Source: an uncultured delta proteobacterium
Lineage (GTDB): Bacteria > Desulfobacterota > Binatia > Binatales > Binataceae
Direction of reading: 5' to 3'
Assembly (NCBI GenBank): GCA_963842085.1
Contig: CAWJET010000001.1
Location: 608,001-672,000 of the forward strand
DNA: 64,000 nucleotides
The position numbers and the translations under genes were made by a program. Below the pieces are notes generated by a model. That model saw only the letters and a program-made list of their open reading frames with translations. It did not search any database and was not told the origin of the DNA. Shown piece by piece: positions 17,926 through 29,174 of this stretch (positions are counted from its first letter, which is position 1; the number at the start of each line of letters is the position of its first letter).

Positions 17926-20289
17926 TCAGGGCTTTAATCCGAACACGGCCACGCTGCTGGGGGTGCCCACGTAGACTTTGCCATTGGCGATCGTCGGCGT
18001 GATGAACTTATTGTCCGTAAAACTGTCGGCCGGCACCGTACTGCTATTGTAAAGCTCGGTGGCCAGGTTCGTCGCGTCGTAGGCGTGCAGAACTCCAGCC
18101 GACCCGTTAGCCTGCACCGCCCACACGATTGCGTTGCTCGTCCCGTTGGCCGAAATGCTCGGCGACGTTCCCGGATAGCCGTAGGTCTCGCTGCTGCTCG
18201 ACGACGGCGTCGCCACCAGCCTGGCCTGCGAAAACGCGAACGCCTGAAGTGGTTCACTCACGCCGCCATAGTAAAGAGTGCCGTTGAAGTACGCCGGCAT
18301 CGCCCATTCGCCATTGTCCAATGCGCCGGCCAGCACCTGGTAAGCGTTGGTATTATTATTGGAGTTGAACTTGCCCATGTTGTCGCGGTCGACGAGATAG
18401 ATGTTCGTGTCCTTGCCGGCGCCAACCGCAAGATGCCTGGTGGTGCCCGTCGAGTCGGTCATGTCGGGCAGCACCATCGCTCCGCCCGAACCTAAATCCG
18501 TATCGCCGTTCGACTCGCTGACCGTGTTGTAGGCCTCGAAGTAATCGGCGACCTGCAATCCGCTCGAGTTGGACAGTTTCAGGAGGCCGTTGCCGAAGTC
18601 TCCCTTATTGGGAAATCCTCCGACCAGAGTCGTGTCGAAAGTCCCGTTACCGTCAAGAAGGTAGATGTTGCCCAGGCTGTCGGCGGCCAGTCCCCCGCCG
18701 GCCTGCCAAATCGCGCCTTCACTGCCGTTGGGCGTGACATCGAGAACGGAAGTCTGCGCCAAAGTGGTCTGATCATAGGCCATGATCCAGCCGTTGTAAG
18801 GCTGGATGTCGCAATGCGATGCCCACGCGGTGATCAATTGGCCATTGAGCAGTAGCAGTCCCGCCCGTTCCTTGTACTGTTTCGGACTGAAAGCAGGACC
18901 GGGGGCAAACGTCGCGGTGACCGTTACCGGACCGCCGAACTCTTCGGCTCCAGTCGTCATGTCCAGCGCGTGGATGCGCTGGAAGTAGGCGCCCGACGTC
19001 GTATTCTTGGACATCGCGACCACGTAGATAATGCCGTTGGGACCCGCAGAGGGATCGATCACGGGCGTGGATGTGATACCGATCTCGGGCGTCACTTGGC
19101 TGCATCCTCGGTCATCCGAGGCAACCTCGCCCGACCCAAGCACCGACACGTGCCACAGCGGCGGGCCGGCGCTATCGGCGTCGAAGGCGTAAACGGTGTC
19201 ATTCTCGGTGACGACGTAGAGCACGTTGTGCGTGCCCTGGCCCGGGATACTCACCTGCGTCTTGATGAGCGGTTGCGCGTCCACCAATCCGTCAACCGAA
19301 TCCTGGAACAGTTGACCGAACGAAGTCTTGACGTTGCTGGTGGTGAGCGTTTGCTCGGTCAGATTTTGTCCGGTGCGCGCGTTGTCATTGTGATAGGTCA
19401 GTACGTCGGTCAGGACAGCGGCAGTCGAGGTCGCCGTGGGAGTCGGCGTCGCGGTCAAGCTCGCAGTTGAAGTAGCAGTCGCCGTCTGAGTTGCCGTCGC
19501 GGTTCGAGTTGCAGTCGCCGTTGCCGTCGCGGTTCGAGTCACTGTCGGTGTGGGCGTCGCGGTCGCTGTTGCCGTTGCCGTCGGCGTTGCGGTCGCGGTC
19601 GCGGAGGCGGTAGCAGTCGCGGTCACCGTAGCGGTTCGAGTCGCGGTTGCCGTAGGCGTGCTCGTAGGAGTCGCCGTTTCGGTAGCGGTCTTAGTTGCAG
19701 TTGCCGTGGCAGTTGCGGTCGCGGTTCGAGTCGCCGTTGCGGTGGGGGTGCGCGTTGGCGTAGCCGTCGGAGTCGGCCGCTTACGCTTTTTTGCCGAGCC
19801 TGTCAGTTTGACTGTGGCTGACCTAGCGCCCGCCGTCGCGTCGCTGCTAACTCTGATTTTCGCCGAGAAACTGCCCCCAGCGTCGGATGGCGCAAACGCC
19901 ACCGTGACGGTGGCATTTCCATGCGGCTGAATTAGAAACGCGCCCTGTCCCGACGCGATCTTGAAACAAGGGCTTCCGCTTGCGGGAGCGACGGTCACAG
20001 ATAGTGCGATCCCGCCGGTGTCCTCAACGATGAAGGACCTTGTCTCTGATACAGTCTGGCTGGAGAGATCGATCGTGTCTAAGGGGAGCGGATTTGGCGT
20101 CACCGCCAGCTTGCTCACATGCGCGCGGCTGCTGGCATCGCCGCTGGTCATCTGGGCATGCGCACTCGCCGCAACAAAGATCGCAGCCGCGATAAACGAC
20201 GCAATCGTCCATAGTGAGGATACCAACCGCAGCCGGCGCCGCACGATCGTCTCGAGCCCTCCCTCTCGAATGCGGTCCAAGCGGGCCAC
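17926..20289 (-). CDS. Secreted modular protein: Ig-like (ASH/choice-of-anchor D) domain + Thr/Ala/Pro linker + PQQ-type beta-propeller
   Basis: Signal-like N-terminus, VTVAFAP Ig motif, long TATAT linker, [40 protein letters not shown]. Start is uncertain. Confidence 0.8.
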   Translation of the reverse strand: MARLDRIREGGLETIVRRRLRLVSSLWTIASFIAAAIFVAASAHAQMTSGDASSRAHVSKLAVTPNPLPLDTIDLSSQTVSETRSFIVEDTGGIALSVTVAPASGSPCFKIASGQGAFLIQPHGNATVTVAFAPSDAGGSFSAKIRVSSDATAGARSATVKLTGSAKKRKRPTPTATPTRTPTATATRTATATATATATKTATETATPTSTPTATATRTATVTATATASATATATPTATATATATPTPTVTRTATATATATRTATATQTATATSTASLTATPTPTATSTAAVLTDVLTYHNDNARTGQNLTEQTLTTSNVKTSFGQLFQDSVDGLVDAQPLIKTQVSIPGQGTHNVLYVVTENDTVYAFDADSAGPPLWHVSVLGSGEVASDDRGCSQVTPEIGITSTPVIDPSAGPNGIIYVVAMSKNTTSGAYFQRIHALDMTTGAEEFGGPVTVTATFAPGPAFSPKQYKERAGLLLLNGQLITAWASHCDIQPYNGWIMAYDQTTLAQTSVLDVTPNGSEGAIWQAGGGLAADSLGNIYLLDGNGTFDTTLVGGFPNKGDFGNGLLKLSNSSGLQVADYFEAYNTVSESNGDTDLGSGGAMVLPDMTDSTGTTRHLAVGAGKDTNIYLVDRDNMGKFNSNNNTNAYQVLAGALDNGEWAMPAYFNGTLYYGGVSEPLQAFAFSQARLVATPSSSSSETYGYPGTSPSISANGTSNAIVWAVQANGSAGVLHAYDATNLATELYNSSTVPADSFTDNKFITPTIANGKVYVGTPSSVAVFGLKP
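19421..19778 (-). repeat. Low-complexity coding repeat (Thr-Ala/Thr-Pro linker)
   Basis: Degenerate 6-nt periodic repeats within the CDS. Confidence 0.85.
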
Positions 20290-20406
20290 TGAGAAAGTGA
20301 AGGCCCACCACCGCTACAACCAGACTCTAATTTTAGCAGTTCGTCGGCAGCGACAAAACTTGGCGATGAAACTATTTATGTGCTCGCCCCCCCACGCGCG
20401 CCGTGA

Positions 20407-21450
<1,044 letters not shown>

Positions 21451-21577
21451 CAGGTTGCGGAAAAACTCAATGAAAGACGATTTCGGCGAAGAGTAAGCAT
21501 TACTACGATCACGAGAATGCGTCTTGGATCAATGTCATCAGGAGTCAAAAACCCTTTTTCCGCAACCTGCTAGGCAT

Positions 21578-21769
21578 CTATCCGAACAGCCCGGCGATCG
21601 TCGTCACAATCCACATGACGGCCATCGCGATGAAAAATGCGCATACCAACTCGCCGATCAGGCGATCGACGGCGACTTCCCATCCTGGTATTTCGGAGTC
21701 CTTCGCGTGATCGATGAAACCGACGGAATGGATTTCTGTCGCCCGCTTCCGATGAACCATCGTAGCCAT
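21578..21769 (-). CDS. Small hypothetical membrane protein
   Basis: 63 aa, RBS-like CAGGTG, C-terminal TM helix; fills an intergenic gap. Confidence 0.4.
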   Translation of the reverse strand: MATMVHRKRATEIHSVGFIDHAKDSEIPGWEVAVDRLIGELVCAFFIAMAVMWIVTTIAGLFG

Positions 21770-21883
21770 AAGTCACCTGCCTCGTTTGCCCGGTCTGAGC
21801 CGTCACAAACAAGGCGTGACAAGGGACTGAACGCTTCGTTCAACGGGATCGAACGACGCAAGTTTTAAAGTTTTGGCCGACGA

Positions 21884-22915
21884 TCAGGACAAATTCGCCA
21901 GTTTCAGGCGATAGACCTCCTTTGCCGTGCGATGGAACAGCTGCGCCTTCTCGTCCTTGGTAAAACCCGCCGCGATCTTCTTGAACGCGTTCCACAGCAC
22001 GGCGTACGAGCATGAAACCCGATCGACCGGGAAGTTGCTCTCGAACATACACCTGCGCGGGCCGAAGTGATCGATTGTGTGCAGGTAGTACTCCCGCGTC
22101 GCCGCCACCAGTTCGTCCGAGGTCGGTGGCGCCGGCCTGCGATGCCACCCGAAGCCGTTCACCGGCATGTTGATTCCACCGAGTTTGGCCACGACGTTGG
22201 GGCATCGCGCGAGTTCCGCTATGTTCTTCTTCCACTCGCCGAATATTTCCGCGCGCCGGCCCTCGTAAGGACCGATCCCGAGTGGTCCGCCGAAGTGATC
22301 GAGCACGATTGTCGTATCCGGGAACGCCGTCGCCAGCGCAGTCACCGCCGGCATCTGCGGATGGTACTGCCACGCCTCGAAGCTGAGATTTAAGCCCCGC
22401 AACCTGGCGAAGCCTTCACGAAAACGCGCCGATTCGTACAAATCCGCAGGCGGATTGGTGTGCGAATTGCGCACGTCCGGACTCGCATCGAAACCGCCCG
22501 CATGCCGAATACCGCGGAAGCGCGCGGGCGCCGCCGCGATATGCGCCTGCAAGACCTCTTCGACTGCGGCGCCCAGGGTCAAATCCGCAAAGCCCACGAT
22601 TCCCGACGCGACGCGAGTCTCGCCGTATTGCCCGCTTGCGCTTTGGGCCGCGATGCCGTTGACGAACTCGGTCTCGCCAACCGGCCGCATCGCCTCCGGG
22701 CCGTCCGCGCGATACATCGACATGCATTCGACGAACACCGTCGCGAGCACGCGATGCCCCGAATTGGTGTCGCGCAAGATCTCGTCGAGCATGTAGCGGC
22801 TGTCCGGATGGTCCCACAGGTGATGGTGGGGGTCGACGATCGGCAGCTGGGGTTCGAGCGGAGCCTCGGTGACTTGCGCTAGCCACGCGTCGCGTTCATT
22901 TTCTTTCGTCGCCAT
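21884..22915 (-). CDS. Amidohydrolase_2 family (lactonase-like)
   Basis: DPHHHLW, RGIRH, LDHFGGP, MFESNFPVD. Confidence 0.93.
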   Translation of the reverse strand: MATKENERDAWLAQVTEAPLEPQLPIVDPHHHLWDHPDSRYMLDEILRDTNSGHRVLATVFVECMSMYRADGPEAMRPVGETEFVNGIAAQSASGQYGETRVASGIVGFADLTLGAAVEEVLQAHIAAAPARFRGIRHAGGFDASPDVRNSHTNPPADLYESARFREGFARLRGLNLSFEAWQYHPQMPAVTALATAFPDTTIVLDHFGGPLGIGPYEGRRAEIFGEWKKNIAELARCPNVVAKLGGINMPVNGFGWHRRPAPPTSDELVAATREYYLHTIDHFGPRRCMFESNFPVDRVSCSYAVLWNAFKKIAAGFTKDEKAQLFHRTAKEVYRLKLANLS

Positions 22916-23023
22916 ATCATTCGCCTCTGAACTTCGCCGGACGCTTCGTTACGATCACTATCCCAACTAACATCGGGTGTGATAGCTCGACAATCGCAAT
23001 GCGCGTTCAACACGAGGAGTAAA

Positions 23024-23803
23024 ATGGAGCCACTGAAAAGACTCGAGCGCTCGGTGAAGGGACGGGCTGTGCTCATTACCGGGGCCGCCAGCGGGATGGG
23101 CCGCGCCACCGCTCACTTGTTCGCGCAGGAAGGCGCGCTCGTCGCGGCAACCGATATCAACGAGGCGGGAGTTGCGCGCGTGGTCGAGGAAATTGCCGCC
23201 GCCGGAGGGACCGCGCACGGATGGCGCCTCGACGTGTCGGACGCGGCTGAGATCAAGCGCGTCGTCGCTGAAGTCGCCGCGCACTTCGGCCGTCTCGACA
23301 TCCTCATCAACAACGCCGGCTTCGGTGGCTTCTCCCCGCTCGATGCCAGCGACTACGACCAAATTTGGGACCGCACCCTCGCCGGCTTGCTCACCGCGCA
23401 ACAGCGAATGGTCCGCGCCGCGCTGGTGCATCTGCGCAAGTCCGACGCCGCGCGCATCGTGAACATCGCATCGACCGAGGGCCTCGGCGCAACTCCCGGC
23501 GACAGCCCCTACGCGGTCGCCAAGACGGGAGTCATAGGACTCACACGGGCGCTGGCGGTCGAGCTCGGGCCCGAAGGCATAACCGTCAATTGCATCTGCC
23601 CCGGACCGATTCGCACCGCGCTTACCGACGCGATTCCCGAAGAGCACAAGACGATTTTCGCCAAGCGCCGCACGGCATTGAAGCGATACGGCTATCCGGA
23701 AGAAGTCGCACACATCACGTTCAGCCTCTGCCTTCCCGCCGCTTCGTATATCACGGGCGCGATCATTCCGGTTGACGGGGGCCTGATGATCCGCAACGCA
23801 TAA
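23024..23803 (+). CDS. Short-chain dehydrogenase/reductase
   Basis: TGAASGMG, NNAG, YxxxK (YAVAK), CPGPIRT. Confidence 0.95.
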   Translation: MEPLKRLERSVKGRAVLITGAASGMGRATAHLFAQEGALVAATDINEAGVARVVEEIAAAGGTAHGWRLDVSDAAEIKRVVAEVAAHFGRLDILINNAGFGGFSPLDASDYDQIWDRTLAGLLTAQQRMVRAALVHLRKSDAARIVNIASTEGLGATPGDSPYAVAKTGVIGLTRALAVELGPEGITVNCICPGPIRTALTDAIPEEHKTIFAKRRTALKRYGYPEEVAHITFSLCLPAASYITGAIIPVDGGLMIRNA

Positions 23804-23833
23804 CTGTGACAACATCATCGCGGAGGTGTTCCG

Positions 23834-24217
23834 ATGGCTGACGATTCGGCAAAGAAAGGAATGGAGTTGCGAGAGAAGTTGTGGGGCGAGAAGGCCGCCC
23901 GGGACGGCGACGCGTTCCTGAGAAACTTCGACGAAGGGTTCGCCGTCTTTCTCAACGAGCAACTGTTCGGCACTATCTGGAACCGCCCCGGCTTGCCGAT
24001 CAAGTTGCGCTCGCTAATCACGATGACGGTGCTGATGGCGCTCGGGCGCGGGCCTGAGCTTCGACTGCACATGCGCGGAGCGTTGAACCTCGGCATCCCG
24101 CCCGAAGAGATCAAAGAATTGATCGTCCAGGTCTCGCAGTACAGTGGCGTGCCGACCGCAGTCGAAGCGATCCGCGCGTTCAACGAAGTGACTGCCCCAC
24201 CGAAGACTAAGGAGTGA
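23834..24217 (+). CDS. Carboxymuconolactone decarboxylase family
   Basis: FGTIWNRPGL..KLRSLIT, ELRLHMRGALNLG, YSGVP. Confidence 0.92.
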   Translation: MADDSAKKGMELREKLWGEKAARDGDAFLRNFDEGFAVFLNEQLFGTIWNRPGLPIKLRSLITMTVLMALGRGPELRLHMRGALNLGIPPEEIKELIVQVSQYSGVPTAVEAIRAFNEVTAPPKTKE

Positions 24218-26867
24218 CGTGGGTTCGGCTCCCAGAGCTGCCGAGCAGCGTTTCGAGGTGCGGCAGGGCGTCTTCCAGGGTCGCGTGCTTTTCGATCGCG
24301 TCGAGGAAAGGATCGCGCTTCATGCGTGACATTCGCGGCGGCACGGTCTTGATGTTATAGACCGCCGGATCGAGCGACGGCTTCAGTTCCTTCCAGGTCA
24401 TCGGCGCGGAAACGGGCGCGCCCGGCATCGGCCGCACCGAAAACGGGGCGGCAATAGTCTTGCCGTGGCCGAGTTGCAGGTAGTCGATATACACTCGGCC
24501 ATTGCGCGAGCGAGCATTGCGATTGATAGTGGCTATTTTCGGAATGCGATTGACTACTACTTGCGATACCAACTCCGAGAACATTTTTGCCTGTTCGTAA
24601 GTATATTTCGGCGCCAGACCCACTACCACGTGAAGACCCATTTGGCCCGAAGTCTTGAGACACGGCTCGAGCCCGACTTCGCGCAATACGGCGCCTACCT
24701 CGCGCGCAACTTCGACCGCGTGCCGGGTGGTGCTGCCCTTGGGATCGATATCGAACAGCAGCCAGTCGGGACGTTCGAGATGGACGATGCGCGACGACCA
24801 GATGTGAATCGTGATGGCAGCCAGGTTGGCCACGTAGGCAAGCGCCTCCTCGCTGTCCAGGATGAAATACGAAATCTCGCGCTGCGAGTCCTCGGAATAG
24901 ATCCTCTCGGTGCGAATCCATCGCGGCACAAAGGCGGGCGCGTCTTTCTGATAGAACATCTTGCCCTCGATTCCATCAGGAAACCGCGTCAGCATCACGG
25001 GCCGATCTTTCAAATACGGCAGCATCCATTTCGAAATCGCGCGATAGTACGCGACCAGGTCGCCCTTGGTGTAGCCGTCCGCCGGCCAGAAAACTTTCTC
25101 GGGATTAGTCACCGACGCCTTCGGCTCCAGGGCTGAAGGTGTCGCGGCCTTGGCGCGTCCTTTGCGAGCTTTCACGTCGGCGCCTCCGTTCTGAGCAGGA
25201 CCGGGAGCCTCTTCGTTTTCGATATCGTCCGGCGCGTCCGAGCGCACGCCGGGACCGTCGTAGATGCAATCCCGGGGATCGACGTCCTCGGCCATGCCCA
25301 TGAAGCTGGGCTGGCGGATACCGCCGCTGTCTGTCCATTCGGTGAAACGAACGTTGCAAACCAGTTCCGGCCGCACGAAATGCGCGCCTTTTTCGGGCGT
25401 CGGTTCTCCCGCGGCCGGTTTGCGGAACGGCGACGCCGATTGCGCGCGCTCCGCGAGCATCGTGTGGATTTTGCGCAGGGTGTCCTGATTGAAGCCGGTG
25501 CCGACCTTGTCGGTATAGCGCAACGCGCCGGCGGAGTCGTATTGACCGAGCAGCAACGCGCCGAAATGAGTGCGGGTGCCGTCGGGGTCGCTGTAGCCGC
25601 CGATCACGAAATGTTCGGTCAACGGGCGTTTGATCTTGAGCCAATCTCCGGTGCGCGTCCCGCGATAAGGAGCGGCGCGCAATTTGGCGACCACTCCTTC
25701 CAGCTCATGCTCCGATATCGCGGCGTAGAAATCCCTGCCGCGTCCGATAACGTGATCGCAATAGCGAACCGGCCCCTCGCCGTGGAGCAGTTCTCGGAGA
25801 AGACGCTTGCGTTCTTCGAGCGGCAGCGTGCGCGTGTCGAAACGATCGAAGCCCAGCAGATCGAAAACGTAGTATGCGACCGGGACCGCGAGGCTCAGCC
25901 GGGCGATTTGCCGGGCATTGTTGACGTGCATTCTTCTTTGCAGGAGCTGAAAACTCGGACGCCCGCGCTCGTCCGGCGCGACGATCTCGCCGTCGAGCAC
26001 GAACCGATCGAGCGCGATCGAGTTGAGCGCGAGCACCACCTCCGGATATCGATTAGTAATGTCGGTGCCGCTGCGCGCGTACAAGTGAGTATTCTCGCCT
26101 TCCCGAATAGCCAGTACGCGCACGCCGTCGTACTTGATTTCGAATAGCCACTTGTCATTGTCGAAAGACTCGTCAACTGTCTTGGCGAGCGTTAAAGGGA
26201 AGTCCGAATGCCTGAGTTTGCTGCCCAGTTCCGGAAGATGCTGGCGCGCAAGTTTGTCGGCAACCCGGCGCTCGGCGGCCGGCGCCCCGGCCAATTCCTC
26301 GATCGTCAAGCCCGACAGGACCGAGCGCGGATGCGCCTCCAGAACGTCGTCGGTCGTCGCGTACTGGTCGCGCTTCTTGATCAGGAGCCAGTTCCGCTGG
26401 TCATTCGTGCCGCTATTGCGACGCCCGCCCGTGCGCACGAGCGTGAACGCGCCGTTGAGCTTGAAGCCGTGCAAGTTGAGGTCGATTTTGCCGTTGCGGA
26501 CCGCCTCGGCCGCGTCGCCGGGCGGGTCGATGACATCGTACACGCCGCGATCCCACACGATGACCGAGCCCGCGCCGTAGTTGCCCGGCGGAATGACGCC
26601 CTCGAAGTCGCCGTACTCCAGCGGATGGTCTTCGACGGCGACCGCAAGATGCTTGTCGGCGGGATTGAGCGAGGGGCCTTTGGGCACCGCCCACGAACGC
26701 AAAACGCCTTCCATCTCGAGTCGAAAATCGTAGTGGAGGCGCCGCGCCGCATGCTTCTGAACGACGAAGGTGCCGCCGGTGGTAGGAACGGGGCCCGGAA
26801 CCTCGCGTCCGAACGGTTCCGGAGTGTGTTCCGCGCTTCGTTTGCTCCGGTATTTGCTCAGCGGCAT
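24207..26867 (-). CDS. ligD: NHEJ DNA ligase D (phosphoesterase-ligase-polymerase)
   Basis: QKHAARRLHYDFRLE (PE), EIKYDG (ligase), RFPDGI/DIDP/KTSG (polymerase). Confidence 0.97.
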   Translation of the reverse strand: MPLSKYRSKRSAEHTPEPFGREVPGPVPTTGGTFVVQKHAARRLHYDFRLEMEGVLRSWAVPKGPSLNPADKHLAVAVEDHPLEYGDFEGVIPPGNYGAGSVIVWDRGVYDVIDPPGDAAEAVRNGKIDLNLHGFKLNGAFTLVRTGGRRNSGTNDQRNWLLIKKRDQYATTDDVLEAHPRSVLSGLTIEELAGAPAAERRVADKLARQHLPELGSKLRHSDFPLTLAKTVDESFDNDKWLFEIKYDGVRVLAIREGENTHLYARSGTDITNRYPEVVLALNSIALDRFVLDGEIVAPDERGRPSFQLLQRRMHVNNARQIARLSLAVPVAYYVFDLLGFDRFDTRTLPLEERKRLLRELLHGEGPVRYCDHVIGRGRDFYAAISEHELEGVVAKLRAAPYRGTRTGDWLKIKRPLTEHFVIGGYSDPDGTRTHFGALLLGQYDSAGALRYTDKVGTGFNQDTLRKIHTMLAERAQSASPFRKPAAGEPTPEKGAHFVRPELVCNVRFTEWTDSGGIRQPSFMGMAEDVDPRDCIYDGPGVRSDAPDDIENEEAPGPAQNGGADVKARKGRAKAATPSALEPKASVTNPEKVFWPADGYTKGDLVAYYRAISKWMLPYLKDRPVMLTRFPDGIEGKMFYQKDAPAFVPRWIRTERIYSEDSQREISYFILDSEEALAYVANLAAITIHIWSSRIVHLERPDWLLFDIDPKGSTTRHAVEVAREVGAVLREVGLEPCLKTSGQMGLHVVVGLAPKYTYEQAKMFSELVSQVVVNRIPKIATINRNARSRNGRVYIDYLQLGHGKTIAAPFSVRPMPGAPVSAPMTWKELKPSLDPAVYNIKTVPPRMSRMKRDPFLDAIEKHATLEDALPHLETLLGSSGSRTHVTP

Positions 26868-27117
26868 TGCTGGAAGCGCGATTCTGACCGGTCGATTACA
26901 GGCGAAAAAAGCGATTCATACCATATGTTGTGGTCTTCCGACGGTTTCACTACCATCGGTAGCTTCGTTCCGTCAGAAATTATTTCGGCCGCGGGCGGGC
27001 GTCGGCCGGTTGAGGGTGACCGTGGCGAGTATCCGGCATCCTGATGCATGCCGTACGCGTAGCACAGAAAATGCACCTTCGTCAGGCTGAACAGTTCATC
27101 CCCGAGCCCCGCGCGAT

Positions 27118-27999
27118 TCAGCGGGCGCGGCGGCTGTGTGGCGCCCGGCGCGAGCCCTGCGCGACCTTGCGCTCCTCGCGTTCCGAGGCAGCAGGCGCCT
27201 CTTCGCGATCCTCGTTGACCGCGACGCCACGCTTTTTGAGCGATTCCTTGAGCGCGCTCATCAGATCGATGACCTTGCCCTGGCGCACTTCGGGCGCCGG
27301 CTCGGTCAACTCGTGGCCGGCGAGCTTCTGCTCGGCCGCCTCGATCACGCGCTCACGGTAATTGTCCTTGAACTCGGACGGATCAAATTTTTTCTGAGTC
27401 AGATCGTCGAGCAGCCGCTGCGCCAGCCCCAGTTCCGATTCCTTCACCGGAGCGTTGGCGCCGTGATCGATCTCGCCGAACGACCGGATCTCATCGTTGT
27501 AGTACATCGTATGCAGCATCAGGCCGCCTTCGTAGGGACGTATCAGGACGATCCGTTCCTTGCCGCGCATGGTGAATTTTGCGACCCCGACCCGTCCCGC
27601 CTTGGTCATCGCTTCCTGCAGCAGATGGTAGGCCTTGGCCGAAGTCGGTTCGCATCCGAGCAGGTATGAATTCTCGAAATACACGGGATCGACTTCCGAC
27701 GCGGGAATGAAGCCGGTTATCTCGACCGCGCGATCGGCCTGGGCCTCGAGCTTTTTCAGTTCCTCGTCGGTAAAGGTGACGTATCGATCTTTCTCGATCT
27801 CGTAGCCGCGGACCAACTCGCTTCGATCGACGAGCTTGTCTTCCTTGGGACAATAGATCTTCTGCTGAATCCGGCTCATGTCCTTCGCATGCAGCAGATG
27901 GAAGCTGACCGATTTGGAACTCGTCGCCGGGAACAATCTAACCGGGATGGATACGAGTCCGAACGTGAGACTGGCGGTTGATAACGAACGAGCCGGCAT
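27118..27999 (-). CDS. ku: NHEJ protein Ku
   Basis: TFGLVSIPV, VRGYE, DPVYFE, VIDLMSALKESL; adjacent to ligD. Confidence 0.97.
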   Translation of the reverse strand: MPARSLSTASLTFGLVSIPVRLFPATSSKSVSFHLLHAKDMSRIQQKIYCPKEDKLVDRSELVRGYEIEKDRYVTFTDEELKKLEAQADRAVEITGFIPASEVDPVYFENSYLLGCEPTSAKAYHLLQEAMTKAGRVGVAKFTMRGKERIVLIRPYEGGLMLHTMYYNDEIRSFGEIDHGANAPVKESELGLAQRLLDDLTQKKFDPSEFKDNYRERVIEAAEQKLAGHELTEPAPEVRQGKVIDLMSALKESLKKRGVAVNEDREEAPAASEREERKVAQGSRRAPHSRRAR

Positions 28000-28277
28000 G
28001 ACTTGAAACCTCCCACGCGGGTATTAGGGCAAATCGTACAGTAAATCGTGTTCCCGGACGCTTAACCGTCAACTTTCCCCGGACCTGCCTTCTTATATTT
28101 CGCCGCGAGCGAAATCCAGTAGGGGCAGTCGGGTTGGTGCTTCAAGATTATCGTGAGAAATCCGCTGAGTCACCTGGGAAGGCCAAAATATTGAAATAAA
28201 ACGGGGCTCTTCAGGCGAGCGGGAGTCGCGATGGGCCGGATGACATGCGCCGCGAGTTCGACTATTTTGCGGACCGG

Positions 28278-29174
28278 ATGGCGACGCGCGGCACTGCCGG
28301 CGGGGTATTTTCATTCCCCGAGGATCTTTCTTACGCGCGTCAAATTGCGCGCTTGATTCGCGCTCCTTTGTGCCGAATTTCGACCCATCAGTTCCCGGAC
28401 GGGGAGACGCTCACCAGCATCCAACGGGTCCATGCTCGTGCGGAAGCGATTTTGGTGCGGCGGTTGGACCACCCGAACTCGAAAATCGCGGATACGTTGT
28501 TCGTTGTCGATGCTCTGAGACGCGGCGGCGCACGGGAAATAACCCTAGCGGTCCCCTACTTCCCCTACTTGAGGCAGGACAAGGTCTTTCACCGCGGCCA
28601 GGCGCTTTCAGCAAAGGTCTTTGGCGACCTTATCGGGAATAGCTTCGAGCGCGTGATGACGATCGATCCGCATCTTCATCGCCTACGTGCTTTGAGCGAT
28701 GCGATCCCGTGTCGAACGCTACGCTTGTCCGCGGCTGATCCGATCGCTAACTGGGTGCGCCGCAATTGTCCTCAGGCGGTGGTGGTGGGTCCCGATATCG
28801 AATCGACCGACCTCGTTCGAAATGTTGCCGAAGCCGCACGAGCGGAATGGATCGCCGGGCGCAAGCGCCGCCTCGCCGACAGAAGCGTTATCGTCGAATT
28901 CGATGGATTGCGGATTACCGGAGGCGCCGTCATAGTCGATGACATCGGGAGCACCGGCGTGACGCTGGCGGCAGTCGCCAAGACGCTTCGCTCGCACGGT
29001 TTCGGTCCGATTGATGCGGTGGTTGTGCATGGGTTGTTTGCGAAAGACGCGATCGGGCGAATTCGGCGCGCCGGAATCCGACGGATTGTTTCATCCGACA
29101 GTGTCGTCCATTCGACCAACGCGATTAAGACGGCGCCGCTGATGGCTCAAGCACTGATGAGAACCGCTTCGTGA
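28278..29174 (+). CDS. prs: Ribose-phosphate diphosphokinase (PRPP synthetase)-like
   Basis: FPDGE, PYFPYLRQD, DPH, GPD, VDDIGSTG. Alternative start at 28245. Confidence 0.85.
   Translation: MATRGTAGGVFSFPEDLSYARQIARLIRAPLCRISTHQFPDGETLTSIQRVHARAEAILVRRLDHPNSKIADTLFVVDALRRGGAREITLAVPYFPYLRQDKVFHRGQALSAKVFGDLIGNSFERVMTIDPHLHRLRALSDAIPCRTLRLSAADPIANWVRRNCPQAVVVGPDIESTDLVRNVAEAARAEWIAGRKRRLADRSVIVEFDGLRITGGAVIVDDIGSTGVTLAAVAKTLRSHGFGPIDAVVVHGLFAKDAIGRIRRAGIRRIVSSDSVVHSTNAIKTAPLMAQALMRTAS

Noticed and set aside
19421-19778. Tandem repeats that might be a CRISPR array or VNTR
   Set aside because: They are degenerate in-frame Thr/Ala/Pro codons inside a CDS, with no repeat-spacer structure and no cas genes.
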